64,000 nucleotides of DNA from Nitrospirales bacterium. Its GTDB lineage: Bacteria; Nitrospirota; Nitrospiria; Nitrospirales; UBA8639. Shown here piece after piece: positions 34,346 to 48,211 of this stretch. The position numbers were made by a program, and so were the translations under genes. Within the stretch, counting starts at the first letter, position 1. Every line of letters starts with the position of its first letter. The stretch spans positions 832,001 through 896,000 of the forward strand of contig CBDBCZ010000013.1 in the NCBI GenBank assembly GCA_965203295.1, in the 5' to 3' direction. Under the pieces are notes generated by a model. It saw nothing but the letters and a program-made list of their open reading frames with translations. It did no database searches and was not told where the DNA came from.

Positions 34346-36287
34346 TTGCGCATGTTACGTATAAATTTTGTCCCTCCCTTCATGGCAAACGATATTTATA
34401 TAGCTACGCTCCCTTTTTCATTGTAGCTAGCTATTTGCTAGCTAGCCACAGCTGTAGCAAGTAGCTAAACAGATTTCCAAAATATAACACATGGAACAAA
34501 TGTACTATGTATACGCTGAAGCCCTGAGAGTTGAGAGCACTAGCTACTGCAGGCTTTAGCTATATCTGGCGTACATAGCATTAGTATTGCTATTAGCTAG
34601 AACTCTATTACCCCTATAGTATCACAAAAGTGCAATTATTTCCATAATTGCACACTTTATTTTAGTTTAAGAGCCTAACGTTGTGCAGTCCTATAAATCA
34701 CAGTGCAAAGTGTACTCTCTATCAGCTCCCTTGCTTTCATTAGCATACTGTCAGAAAGGTGTAGAAAATAGCTATATAGCAATCTTCTTGCTCATCTTCT
34801 CTCTCATCCCGCACGTAAACAACACGTGCAAGACGTGATTGCACATGCGTTCACAGAGTGTATTCATACTTATAACGATGACTAACTCTTCTGGAAGTGT
34901 GTTCATCAGCTTCAAACTTCAAACTTTACACTATATGCTTTAGGTGCCACTGTTACCTCTTCAGCACGCACACGCTCTAGCTCTGGAAGTTTTTGCCTCT
35001 ATAGCCAGGCTGTCAGTTCTTCTGGGGACCCTCTTTCACACATCTAAAGCCACACATGCATGCACGAATATAAAAAAGTGGAATAGTGGGAACCCCTGTA
35101 TAATACATTGCTTGCACAGATAGCTACAGCTGCCAACGGCTATGTACACTCAACATACAGTATTATAGGAAATCCCACCCACTATAGATGAGATACAGCC
35201 GCAGTTTGGTTCACCCCATGCACACAGCAGTTTAAGCAAAGAATGCGAAAATATACCAAAAATATTGCTAGCTACAGCGTCTCACCCAGGGCCTACAACT
35301 TTAAATTACAAAGGTTAAACCTCACCCTAACCTTTTTTTATCCGTTCTTGGCAACCCATTGGTTGTCAGCCTGCTGCAGATGCACGTGCACATGTATATA
35401 CATCGGCTCGCGCTCGATTATATCATAACAATGCAACACAGTACAACCTGAATTTGTGACCTAATTTCCAAGGGGGAGGGGGAAGATACCAGTGAAAGGG
35501 GAAGGGGAAATGGAATACCCTACCCCCCTAAATGAAACCGTGTTTGGAAGACTGGCAGTGTCCGCTATTGCTCAATTTTATGATTAAGATTTACTCTTGT
35601 ATGAAATGCTTTTCCTCCTCCCCTTTTTTTCAGGACCACATCCTGTCCCAGCTGTGACACCAAGTTCCCTGTCTGCATAGCCTCAGGGCAGCCCCTGCTC
35701 GACTACCGCTCTTGGATGTGTTCCACCTGAATAAAGGTTACTTTAACATTGGTTTGGTTGCTGGAGCAGCATCTATACCATCTTCACATTGTGATGATAG
35801 AGGAACAATGTTTTGCTGATTGTAGTACCTTACTTGGCTATCATAGTGTGGAGAGATCGTGTCACATGTCGAAGGTCAGTAGCAACAGTTAGGCAAAAAC
35901 CATGACTTGTGACGATACCTGTACTACACAGATTATATAGCAGAAAGTATAATTTCGATAAACTACAATACATTTGACCTATACACACAAGTGGGCAGAT
36001 AGTCACGCTGTTTATGGTCTGTTTTGGGAACTGCCGTAAGAAAGGTCAGGACAGGTGATTGTCCTAATTGAAAAAAAAATGGGTCTGCAACTCCAGTAAC
36101 CAAACACAAATACGTATATAAGTGCGTGAGTGAAGCGAGTGCTAGTACTTGTAGTACAGTTATTTGTACTCAAGCAAGTAGCTAGTAAGCTACTTGCAAC
36201 ACCTACTTAATCTGAACTCTGAACTTGTGAAGCACTCATAGGAGTATGGTTCAGAAGAGAGAACGCCATTTATGTTTTGGGGGTTAA

Positions 36288-36430
36288 CCCTTTAACGACC
36301 ATAAGAAACAGCTTAAAGAAGCAGAAAAGCCTGTACAAAGTATTAACGCCTAGTATTAAAACCCCCATATAAATTCATATGGGCTTATGGGAGCTCATGA
36401 CGCATATATGCGTCATTGGTTGGTAAAGAG
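36288..36430. mobile_element. TTAA-specific (piggyBac-like) MITE
   Basis: TTAA on both sides; imperfect TIR ccctttaacgacc/ggttggtaaagag; empty ttaa site at 51513. Confidence 0.85.
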
Positions 36431-37514
36431 TTAAACGAGGTTAACAAAAGTGGGAAGAGGTTGGAGGCGTATACTGATGTTAACATGGCAATTTGTGAAA
36501 GGCTGGGAATGAGACTTAATAGCTTGAGAAAAGGCTAAGAGAGCAGTTTGCTGATCCAGTGCCTGAATCATGCATGCATGATCATAATAATATGATACTG
36601 TAAGGATGTATATATGTCCATCGTGATCATTACAATAGTAGAGAATGGATTCATGTCCATAAGTGAGGCTACACCATGGGTTCAATAGTTGAAAAGGATC
36701 TACTATGATGAAAGTTTGAGTGGGACATAATAAGAACAGGCAAAAATCGTTTTCCATGCACTGATTGTTGCAGCAGCAGAAGCATCTGCTTTGTGTGAAT
36801 ACCATTTCATAAGCAAAGAGCAACTCTGTGCCCTCACAGACACCCAATAGCTAACACCAAATTCCCTTGCCAAGCCTATAGTTACACAGAATGTAGTCTC
36901 TGATCTTAGGGTCTACCTTTGTTTATTGCACTTCTGTTTAAAATACTTTTCTCAAACACTCAACAAAGTTCTGAGTTGAGTTCTGACTTTAAACTAGTGT
37001 TACACACAGCTTCTACATGGGGAGCCACTCGATCATTATCAGTGGGGCAAGCAATAGAGGAACAATCTCATACTGGCCCACTCACGCAATTATTATGTGG
37101 CTATAGCTCACATCCGGGCTTATGTTTAAGATACTGTTTGGAGCTGCAACAGAAGCAGACATGTTTTAACCCTTGGATGTGAGCCACACATGCTATGACA
37201 TACAAAATGTTTACTTTTGTATTAACACAAATATAGCTAAATGCACCACAAAATTCGAACAACTTGGTAACACAACAGTGAAAGGGATATCTATTGCTAA
37301 TCTGAGAAATCTAAGAGAAAACAATTACACAATTTCACCAGTAATACAATCAAACATCATAAGAGAGACCATAATTGTAGCATAGATACACGGCTGTCAC
37401 AATCAGTTATTGTAATACTATTGGCCTTGTTCCGATATATCCCTCCCAGCAATCTGCCATTTGTGGTACTGGTGGCGACCAAAAAAAAAGGTCAAGGGGA
37501 GACCAAGAATGTTA

Positions 37515-39332
37515 CTACATGCTTCGGTAAGTGTTGCTGCTGCTTTTTTCTACCCTCAATGGCTCTCTGGTTCCTGTTTGGCCTCTGTTAGCCATCACTT
37601 CATACTGTTCTGGGTTCAGGAGCCTGTGCGGAACAGCAGCATCGAAATGTTCTTCTTCATGGTCTTGAAAGAAGCAGTGTAGCAGTTTGTGGCTCTTGAG
37701 CTTGTGTATGCAACCAGTTTTTTTATCGAGCAGCCAGCACGCAGAGAACAGGACAAAGTACAGCAGTGGGAGTGCGTATAGCACATCAGTTAAAATCAGC
37801 AAGAAGGTCGAAGAGTGACCAGTTAACAGTGCAGTGATAAAAATGAATGTAATGAGGATATAGATGGTACCTAAGATAGCAAAAATAACAGCATCTACCA
37901 CATTATACAGGTACACTTTGTAAGGCTGAACGAGAGCAAACAACAGTGCAATCCACCAATAAAGAAGTGCTGATACAGCAACGGCAATATATGGCACAGC
38001 AATAGAAAAGAGCAAAAGAACAATGATCCGAAGGAAGAAATAGAGTCCTGCAAAATATCGATAGTCTCGTGTGCCATTTGTGCCATCCTTGTAGCATCCT
38101 TGGAAAGCCTCAACAAATGTGCGAAGGGCTTGAGAGTTCAGTTTGCATCGTGTGAGACACTTTTGGAAAAAGGCAGCTTGGTAGAGTGTCAGTACAATGG
38201 GAGGTAGAGCAATGAAAGTCAACAGTACAACAATAGATAGTAGAGCAAGTGGGAGATGTTCTGCATGAAAGAATCGAATATTTGCATCATATGCAAAGAC
38301 GAATGTCTTCAGTAGCTTTCCTTGGCCATCGAACAGCCGTGTTGGGAATAAAAATCTTCCTGCCACGAATAATAGTTTTACATATGATAAAAGTATGAAA
38401 GTTGCAAAAGCATCGATTATGGACGTCTTTGGTTCAACACTTCTTCTAAAGCGGAGGAAACACCTTAGAAAGGGCCTCCAACAGTAAACAACAGGCCTGA
38501 AATCGCCAGCATGCAGTTGAATGCAGATGTAGAGAAATACAATGACAACTAATGGGTAAAATGCTAGTATATATTCAAGTGCATATGCTTGTAATGAACG
38601 AAGATGGCGTGTGAGACAAAATAGAGGAATGATAGCACGGAAGACATGCAAGTTCCACATGTCATATAGGGCAGCAACTACCACTGTGGACATTCTGTTG
38701 GGATATGTAAAAGTACCTTGTGCTCCCAGCACACTCATGGCGAAACTGATGCCAAGGAATGATGATGTGGAAATCTGGCTATAGAAGATGAAAGAATTAA
38801 TGGGTCCTGAAACAACACTGATGGCAAAGATTACAATCACTATGAAAATTACAGTGATTGGTAGATATGTGAAAGTAATAAATTTTATCCAACCATTGGA
38901 GACCTTACAGTTGATGCACTCTATGAGGCTGAAAGGTGGAACTGCAAAGCCATCCTGGCACTCTCCACAGAGCAAACCTTCTCTATTAAATGGACCACAC
39001 ACTCGTTCATTGAGATCTGATACTTCAGTAGAAAGTGGATAGTACAATTTATATGAGCCGTCTCTATAGGCTTGTTCACAGTAGCTAGCTACCCAGCTCT
39101 CAGCTCTCCAGTTTTATTGTCATACGTCATGTAGTACACGATCAGTATTTTGAGGCATTCGGTGAGTCTTCATCACAACTGATTATTTTACCAGGCCAGT
39201 CTGCACAAACACAGCTGTTTCCTTATCGCTTGTGAGACAAGGAGGACAATAAAGGGTGGCTGTGAATGACAACACAGCAATAGCTACTGTTACAATAACT
39301 ATGAGTATTCTCTTACTGTACACTGTAGCCAT
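37515..39332 (-). pseudogene. Cys-rich multi-TM gene, paralog 2 (TM2), chimeric, with a frameshifted 5' end
   Basis: Open frame 37515-39047 is nearly identical to TM3; indels at ~39080, ~39150 and ~39230 break the frame from the ATG at 39332. Confidence 0.8.
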
Positions 39333-39883
39333 GTGCCGATAGTATAGCTATCAGCTACAGTGCACACAACTGCAAAATACTGTATAAGATTACAGCCAGT
39401 GCAAGAATTCAAAATTGTACTATAATTGTAGGTAATGATTAATTTAGCATAGCTAGCTATACTTTTACTGATGTAAGTAACACTTGCATTGTGTAACTGT
39501 ATGATTGAACCCAATCAATAATTTATTTTATAAAACATCTGCTTGACACAGTGTATTTTTGTTCTAAATGTAGTCATTGCTTCTATGCTGTCTATTCAAA
39601 AATCTTAGCACTAAATATTTTTATAGATTATGTATTGGGAAAGGTGCCCACATGCAAGAAATCATGGGATAGAATGAAAGATTATTGTGTTTCTGCAGGC
39701 TTAGCTTAGCGTTGATTCCAGCTGTCCCAGCTGGGACGAGGCTAATCATTATCTAAAGCTAAAGCTCTGAGTTACGGTGCCACAATTAACCTTTGACCTT
39801 CACTTAATTGCTCGCGGCCCGCCCACTTTTGCCTGTGTATAAACCGAAGTCCGTGAGTCCACAGTAGCTATCTCGATTTATCT

Positions 39884-40767
39884 ATGCATCTTAGCAAAGA
39901 GGAGGCTGTTTACTTTGTTACTGAAGTCCTTCGGATCAGTTCCCCACTGAGAAAGCTAGGAGAAGATCGCATGCTGTTCCTGAACGAACTCATCAAAGCC
40001 TTCCACTGTGCAGTCCCCTTCCAGAACATCACCCTTCTCTGTCAGTCAGAGGCAGACAGACATGTTCCTACCTGGGAGGAAAGTAAGGCAGCTGTAATGA
40101 GTGGCCGTGGAGGGCTCTGCTACACAGTAGGTGTCTTTATGATGTGCCTACTGGAGGCCTTAGGGTACGGACATATTTGCCTGCCAGTGGCATTTTCTTT
40201 CCCAACAACCATATTACTGCCATTGTGCAAAACCTGACTTACTCGGGAAGTAAACACCTTGTAGATACGCTAAGTGGTTATCCAACTTTTGAGGCCATTC
40301 CTCTTGATTTTGACAAGGAATCCCCCATTTACAATCACTCCTTCTTAGAGTACAAGTTTGTCAGAGAGGGTAACACCATTCTTCGATTCCATCGGAAAGG
40401 TGAAAACCGCCCCACCATTCCTGGTCGTGAGTATGTCTTAGATGGGTGGAGAAGAGTTTGCGAGATAGACTTGGTGCCTAGAGATCTTTCCTACTTTGAC
40501 CAGCCAATGACTGACGTGTACACAAAACCAGGAGTGAATTCTCCTTTCCTTGTGAGCTTCCGTGCAGTTGTGTACAGAGAACTGAGGCTGGTAGCCATCA
40601 AGGACACCACCCTGATGCTTGAAAATGAAAACCATGAAGTGGAGGTTACAAAACTGTCGAGCCGTGATGAAATGATTAGGACCACATTGAAATACTTCCC
40701 ACAGTTCACTGTTGAAGAAGCGACAAAGGCTATGCATAGTCTACACTTGCTTGAACCTCACTCCTGA
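39884..40767 (+). pseudogene. Arylamine N-acetyltransferase copy 2 with a 1-bp frameshift
   Basis: gggtacgagacat (17822) vs gggtacggacat (40163): the deletion separates the catalytic Cys from His/Asp. Confidence 0.8.
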
Positions 40768-42463
40768 ATGTGCCGTTTAATACACTTGACAAGTATACGG
40801 ACTCCATACTTGTATTAGCACACTGAAATTGTATTCTTAGTGCATCATTGGTGTTTGGACTGTTGTAAAGGGAAGTGCTAATTATTGCAAAGTGAGCTTT
40901 AACCATACCATATCTTTATTCCCACAATGAGGGTGGAATTATGTTGGGTTACCTCAGTTGCGTTTGCAGTCTATGCCATGATCTATATACCACCCACTGC
41001 CACTTAGAGTGTTAAAGTTAAAGATACATATAGCTATACAATAATATTATCCTCGATTGTGCAATGAATATTTCAGAAGTGCAATCCAATGATAATGACA
41101 TGAATAGTGTTGAGTCCCACTCCTTTTGTTTCTATAGCACATGCATAGTAATTTGTCATGAATATTTCACACCGGTCTCTGCCCAGACACCAATGCCAAC
41201 AACAAATGAATTTTTTTGACTGACTGCCATGGATTTTTAGCTGCAGTAATACAGAGGAAGCTGCTTGTAGAACTATTATACAACTGAAGCTACTCATTTT
41301 TTTGATTTTATGTTAGCTACATTATTACTAGTACTGATAGTGCTATATAGTCACTATAGGTTAAGCATGGTAATGGGAACGTTCTCACTGACACATAACA
41401 AATCAAAGCTCCAGAAATGAAACCATATCACATTGAAAAGCCTTTAGTGTGCGGTGCCACACCTACCACAAATTAACTAATATGTGTATACCTCCAATAG
41501 TATCCACAATAGAGGTGTACCTGCCAGTTTATTTGAGGGGAAATCATGCATCATCATTATGCTAGCCTGGCAAAAGGAACACATAAAAATTGGCTGGGTA
41601 TACATGTAACTACCAAGTTTCTAATTAAACTGATTTTTGTCAGTGAGCAATGCTTACTAGCTAAAAAAGCAAAATTCATTTAGGACGTTGTCATGGAACT
41701 TTGCATATATATAATACCTGTTGTTCATTGCCTGGCACATGCACTTACAGTCAGCTATGGTCATACTATACTACTTCTACTACCACCCAAGGCTGCATGA
41801 AGTCAATATGTACCGTACTAAAACTGTATGCCATACGGTATACGAACTTCTTTGAGACATGCAAGTTAGCTAAGTGTCAGGCATCCTGTTCGCCGGCTAG
41901 AATGAGTTGTTGTTTTTTTCTCCCGGTTATGGTAAAAAGAAATATTACTCTTTCACTACCATGGCAATCGTTTATTAATAATGTGATCCTGCAACACCTC
42001 AACTTTCCTGGCACTTTGCAGTGCACTGAAGTCCCACTTAGGATGATCATCCTTTTTATCTCTGGTAGGCCTCATAATAATAGATATTCAAAAGCATTAG
42101 AGAAATAATTATGCTGGAATAATAGCCATAAATATTTAGGCCTGTGAGATTAAATTGGCTATATAATAATTTGTTGCTTATAGTTACTAACTTATACATG
42201 GGCTGAAGTATGTAAATTAATTCTATCTAGTTCAGCCAACCTCTACAGCTGCTCGAGTGAGTGTTCTCTGTCTTGCAAAACTCATTTACCAATCAGCACT
42301 ATTTGTCTCTAGAAGATTAAATTATTATAATTATTGGTTATGTTACAATACAATTGATGTTGAGAACGTTTTAATGTGTATGGTGAAATTGAATAATACA
42401 AGTTTAAAAGGGTAAGTCCAATAATATGTGAAAATAAAAGCATATTTAACATACATTCGTAAT

Positions 42464-45400
42464 TTAGGCAACTACAACCTGCAGCTGCTTATTAATACGT
42501 GCAGCACAATCTTGAAGCTCTAGAGCCTCAGCACTGACTAGAGAATCATCGCTGATGACTATCAGCTCTTTTAGTGTTTTGTTTATACTGAGCATCTTGG
42601 TAAATGCTTTTACACCATCAGACTCGATTCCAAGTGAGGGATGCTTAATTCTTAGGACATTCAGTTCAGTATTCTGATGCAGTGCTCGAGCAATAGCTTC
42701 TGACACTCTGTGGCCCACAGTACACCAAAGAAGTTCAAGAGCTTTTAGGTTTCTATTTGTCTCTAGGAGTTCGAGAACATCATCAGAGCAGCTGGTCAAA
42801 TCGGTGTCACGAATTTCCAAACGCTCAAGTGAGGATGGTTCCAGCACTGCTCTCATCAGTGCCTGTGTACAGTCTGTGTTCATTTCATCGTCACCAACTA
42901 CGAGAACTCTGAGAGTGCTTGTTGGTCGTATTAGGCTGGATAAGGCTGCAATATCAGTACTGCCAATTGGGCTACTAGCTAGACAAAGTAGTCGCAAAGT
43001 ACTGAGTTTGGATAAGGATTGCATGAGTTTTACAGCACCACCTTTTCCAATAGGATTAACACATATATCTAGCTCTGTCAAACTACACATACTTGAAACT
43101 AGACAGGCCAGTTGGTCACAAGCAGCTTGATCGAGACCACAGTTATATAGTTTCAGTATGGATAATCCCCGAAGAGTGTTGCAAGGTAATTTTGCCAAGA
43201 TTTCAATACCTTCCTGACTGATTTGTTGCTTTCCTATCTTTAGTGCTTTGATGTGGCCTTGCACATGACCTGCTCCCTGACTTGCATGAAGACCACTCAC
43301 AAGCATATCAAGTGAATCACAACCAACACCTGCAGTTATGAGGTCTATTATCCAAGTACAGTTGCTGTTGGAAATGCAGTAGCTCAAAGCAACACAGTCA
43401 AATGGAGAAGCTGTCTCAGGAAGAAAACCAATCATTTCGTTGCTGATGCAGACGTTGCTGCAGACGTCAAAATCTTGAGATTCGTATAAGCACTGAACTG
43501 CTTGTGGCTTGAGACAGTATTCTGCTTGCAGCCAAATTGGTGACTCTTCCACGTTTTTTTCTTTGAGTAATTTGCAGCCAATGCTACTGTACTTTGTAAG
43601 CCCACCTACAAATCTCCAGACCACTTGAAAGTGTGGATCTCCACAGTATTTTTCAAATAGATGCTTTTGTTCGATTGGAGAGAGGCATGAAATGTGAAAC
43701 GCTGCAAGAAACTCTTGCACTGTAAGGTGCAAAAAACTGAACGATATTTCTGGACCCTCTTGAACATGTAGACATGAAGCTTTTGTCATGAATCCCAAGT
43801 GGTCAAAAGATTGAGGAAGGCTGTTCCATGACAGCTGTTGGATGCATATTCCCCTGAATGCGATTTTACAAACTTCACGGAATTGTCGGAATACGTCTTC
43901 GTCAAGGTCGTGGAACTGAGCTGGCATGCAGTAGGTCTCTGGGACAAAACCCCCTTCAACAATGTGCCTTCTAAGTAAAGCATGGCTTAGAGCATCATAC
44001 AGTTGAGTCATAGTTTTTGGGAGAGGCGTTCTTTCACCTTGATACTGTTGATATATTTCCACTACAATGGCACTGTTGAGTGGTATATACATCATACTAT
44101 ACACAAGTGGATTGCTGGAGATATATTTCGTGAACTCTATCAACTGCACTGGGTCTTTGAAAATGCTCTGAGCATATTCTTTAATGTTTTGTTCTGTAAA
44201 ACCTAGAATTTCAACATGTTTATTGATTTGAGGTTTACATCTTAAGTGAAGTTCTGCCATCACAGAAGGACGGCTAGTTATGAGAATGGTGGCACGAGGA
44301 AGATAACGACCATTAATCATATCCACAAATAGTGAGCCCATTTCTCTCTGTTTAGCTGGTAATTCATCAAATCCATCAAATATGAACAATACACCTTCTC
44401 CATTTGATTCCTCAATATCACTTGAGACTGCCTCTTTGAGAGAGGCATTGCGATGGAAGAGCAAGTCAGAAAGACTACTTGCTTGCTGGCTTTTCTTTTC
44501 ACGAAGCTGAACCAATATTACAAGAGAATATTTCCTCAGCATGGGAAGTGAGTCCCAGTTTCTACAAAGCTCCCATGCAAATGTAGTCTTACCCACCCCA
44601 GGAGCACCCTCAATTAATATACAATTAGATTCACTTTCAGTGTCAGAAGTAAACAGTTGAGTGATTGAAATTGATTTCTTAGATTTCAATATTCGGTCGA
44701 CATTGCCATGTAGCCTTGCTGTAGTAAGTTCATAGGCCTGTGAGAGTGATGTTTCATCTCTATTGATAAGAGCAAGGTTAATATACTTTTTGCTTGGTGT
44801 AGGTGGCCATTTCTGGTAGAGTGGAAGTGGTCTTGACTTATATAGTGATTTTAAATAAGCAGCGTATTTGGCAATGTTTAGTGTAGCAAACTGTTGGCTA
44901 TTTACGATGGCTTCCTGTGCTGAAGAGCTAGAGTCTGCTGAAAATGAAAGAGCACAATCCATTAACTGAGCAGTTACAGAGATTCGCTTGTGTTTTGTTT
45001 TGTCAGGACAGCTGCAGCAATTTTTCCCTATAAGTTATAAATACAGAAAATTAATACACATGCACGTGATTGTAAACACATACATTTACACGTGCATCAC
45101 AGAATCCGTTAGAAAACACATTCATTGCAGTGGTAATTAGTATATAACAGTATAGTTATATTCAACTTACTGTAAGTGGCCTCGATTCTGTTTGCTAACC
45201 AATGTAATGATTTCTCCTTCTTTAAAATGGTCATAAACAATGGGAAACATTCTGGATTAGTACCAAGTTTTCCTTTGAAATGACAGAGTAGTTTTCTTGC
45301 TTTCTGAACACGAGAAACTCCACTTACTGTAATGACCTCGTCTAAAGCTTCATATGATATTAGATTCTCTGAAAACAGTTCAGCTGCAAGCCACTCTGGG

Positions 45401-45483
45401 TCTTTAATGACTTGAGCGAGTTCACTGAAGTGCTTACGGTAAGCCTGCACTTCTGCTGGATGATACAGTTTCTCTGAACTCAT
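42464..45483 (-). CDS. NLR copy 2: CARD/death-fold (exon 45483-45171) + NACHT-LRR (exon 45027-42464)
   Basis: Same motifs and same phase-1 intron (45170-45028) as copy 1; frames intact. Confidence 0.92.
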
Positions 45484-45607
45484 TCCTGCATAACGAATAA
45501 TTATGGGGTGATATTAGCTCAGCTATACCTATGCGTATTAACCCTAGCTCCGCTGCGCATGCAGCGAGTGGCTAGCCGCATAAAAAATATTCGATTGTAT
45601 CACCTCA

Positions 45608-46030
45608 AGACTCGACATTGCAGCAAATGGCTTCTGGGGAGGTCGTTTCGAGAAGACGTACATGGATGTCAGGGTGTTCAACCCACATGCTCCCACCAAC
45701 AGGGGCACCAGCATCTCCAACTGCTTTAGAAAGCATGAAGTAGAGTGCTTACGAGCAACGAATTTGAGAGATAGAACACCCTACTTTCACTCCCTTGGTG
45801 TTGTCTGCTACTGGGGGGAGGCGTGGCAAGCATAGCTACCATTACCTTCTACCAACGGCTATAGCCTCCCTTCTGGGCAGACAAGTGGGGATACCCGTAC
45901 AGATCTACTCTCTGCATGCTGGCTTCGATCCCGAATCGCCTTCTCTCTTCTGCGGTCGGCAATTCAGTGCATCAGAGGTGCCCGCTCTTCCCGTGGACAC
46001 GACGCCAATCGACTCCACCCCCCCCCCCCC
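45608..46030 (+). mobile_element. Duplicate of the degraded RLE-type retrotransposon fragment
   Basis: Near-identical to 24040-24470. Confidence 0.7.
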
Positions 46031-46165
46031 ACCTATTTAATAATCAACGAGGCGCGATTGCGCCCCATGTGAACGATTAACCCTCTCTTTTGTTTTGCTC
46101 TGTTGTTTCCTTTTTGTTTCAAGTTTATATATACCCCTTGTACTTCTCTGCACTATAATAGGTGA

Positions 46166-46324
46166 CCGTATAGCGGGAAATTTTCGCACGGTGCAAATTT
46201 TCGCGCTTTTCGCGGCCATGACGATTTTTCAAAAATAAGAACTGCAAAATTTTGAAGCAGAGAACTTTTGACATGTTGGCATTTTCGCAAAAATTTGCAT
46301 CTGCGAAAATTTTCCGCTATACGG
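46166..46324. mobile_element. Short form of the ccgtatagcgg MITE
   Basis: Same TIRs and position as 25044-25718. Confidence 0.8.
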
Positions 46325-47061
46325 TATATTTATGACCGTACACTTCCCCAACTATCCACTTCCCGGCTGCTATCGTCCTTGATCTCTGACAACGCTCTTT
46401 TCGAAACCACAGTAATAATAATGAGTGTGTTTGGCCCGCGAGACTACTGGTGCGCGTGTTTATATTCAACTTAGCGTTTTCGCGTGCATACAATATTTTA
46501 TGCATAATGACAAACGTTAAATTTAGCGTAACTTACCGGCATAGAGTGCTCTAGCCTCGCGTAGAGTCTGGCTATGCGAGTCTAAGAGAGCTCCTGTTGG
46601 CCAGTTTTATGCAGCAGGATTTGTGTGTTGACAACTTCTAGTAACCTATATGAACTGCTATTAGGATCATAAATGATTGATATATAGCTAGTAGCATTAA
46701 AAGTTGCCACCTGTCAGAATTGCAACATGGTTGCACTGTCATCACTCTCAAAATTGCTTAGACCAGCATGCAGACAGCTAGCTGGTATAAGGTACATGTA
46801 CATACTCACCAAACATGATTATAATTAATTCCCGGGGAAGTCCTCCCTTAAAGCTATTGAATATGAAAAGAATAATTATATGCAATCATGATAATATCGT
46901 ACATGAACTGTACTGACCTAATAATATTCCGTAATACTTTTGCGAATTTTGCGAGTCCTTACGGCTTCGCAAATATAAGATCGCGAACATTAAACAATAA
47001 TTTATGGGCGTGGTTTTTAGTGGGTGCGGTTAATGAACATCGAATCTAAGCTTATAGCTGT

Positions 47062-47157
47062 TAGCCTCGTACCCAGGCCTTCCCTCACAGCTTTTTTCGC
47101 AGCCGTTTTGCCACGGCTGCGAAAAAAGCTGTGAGGGAAGGCCTGGGTACGAGGCTA
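47062..47157. mobile_element. Miniature hairpin element (TAGCCTCG family)
   Basis: Arms of ~45 bp tagcctcgtacccaggccttccctcacagcttttttcgcagccgt and complement; 9-bp TSD tatagctgt. Confidence 0.9.
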
Positions 47158-48211
47158 TATAGCTGTCCCAGGAGAAGCAGCAGTAATGGATGGCCTTAAA
47201 CCACAGCGAAGGTGGCAGGTAAAGTTCATACTTCTACAGCAGCAGCTATTTCAAGATGAGTATTCGGCAGTATTTTACTACGAAGCCCTAGCCGCGAGGA
47301 CACTGCAATCGGAGCGGTGGCAACTCGCGAAGCGAACGAGAGTGTGAAGCGTGCGTTGGAGAAGCAAGCTGAGAGCGGGAATGCCGCCGCCACAATAAAG
47401 ATAAGATTGCAAAGTACTTGAATTAGCCGCAAAATGGCAAAATCGCAAAGGTTTCTCACACGCAAAATATTGCAGCATTCCTATAATACCTATAATAGGC
47501 CTATTCATCTTCTGAATATGTGACGGCAAGAGGTCTGGGGAATCCCTAGGGAAGTCCTCTAACTGTAAACAATTCACTACCACTACAACGTCATAGGCCA
47601 TTTTTGGCCTGCTGCCCCTGAGGCGTGACGTACAAATGTTTATCTATCTGTCTATATGGGTGTAAGTATGGTCATGAGCTAGACTGTTGGATTACGTCAT
47701 CAATCACGATGTGGGCGTGGCGACGCTAGGATATTTTTCTCGGGGCAGATTGTTCAAAGATGAGCCATGGCTGCTATAATGCCTATAAGAGAGGTTGTGC
47801 TGCTTGAGTCATATTCGCTTTGCTCGGTCGTACCATAGCTAGCAGAGTAGAAGGTACTTCTACTCAACTGTCTAGTGCTGATAGTTATCTCTACTTCTAC
47901 CGAGGCTACAACTAATATGGTAGCTGTAGTAAGCTCCGGGTAATTGCCTGGATCTCTGACCCTTCTTGCATTGTGGGTTACGAAGACGGTATGCATGTGC
48001 CAGAGACACTATTTTGCATGTGCCTTCATAAAGCACCATATAAATTATTTTTGGTCATGACTCAAACTGGAGAAACCCTACATTAGCTTGCGCATCATTA
48101 TAAATTGCTAACTGCTATCAGGATCATAAATGTAGCTAGTAGCAATAAAATTTGCCACCTGTCAGAATTGCAACATGCATGGTTAAATTGCACTGTCATC
48201 ACTCAAAATTG

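Larger units (their letters stand above)
16606..38930. repeat. Segmental duplication copy 1 (TM 5' end - NAT - NLR - spacer - TM 3' part), enlarged by insertions
   Basis: Collinear near-identity with 38931-~54000, e.g. 17543/39884, 20909/42464, 31762/46511, 35243/50472, 37515/52601. Confidence 0.92.

Noticed and set aside
34400..37500. ORFs conserved between 35-37 kb and 50-52.5 kb (61-138 aa)
   Set aside because: Conservation is explained by the recent duplication; mostly non-ATG starts and no domains
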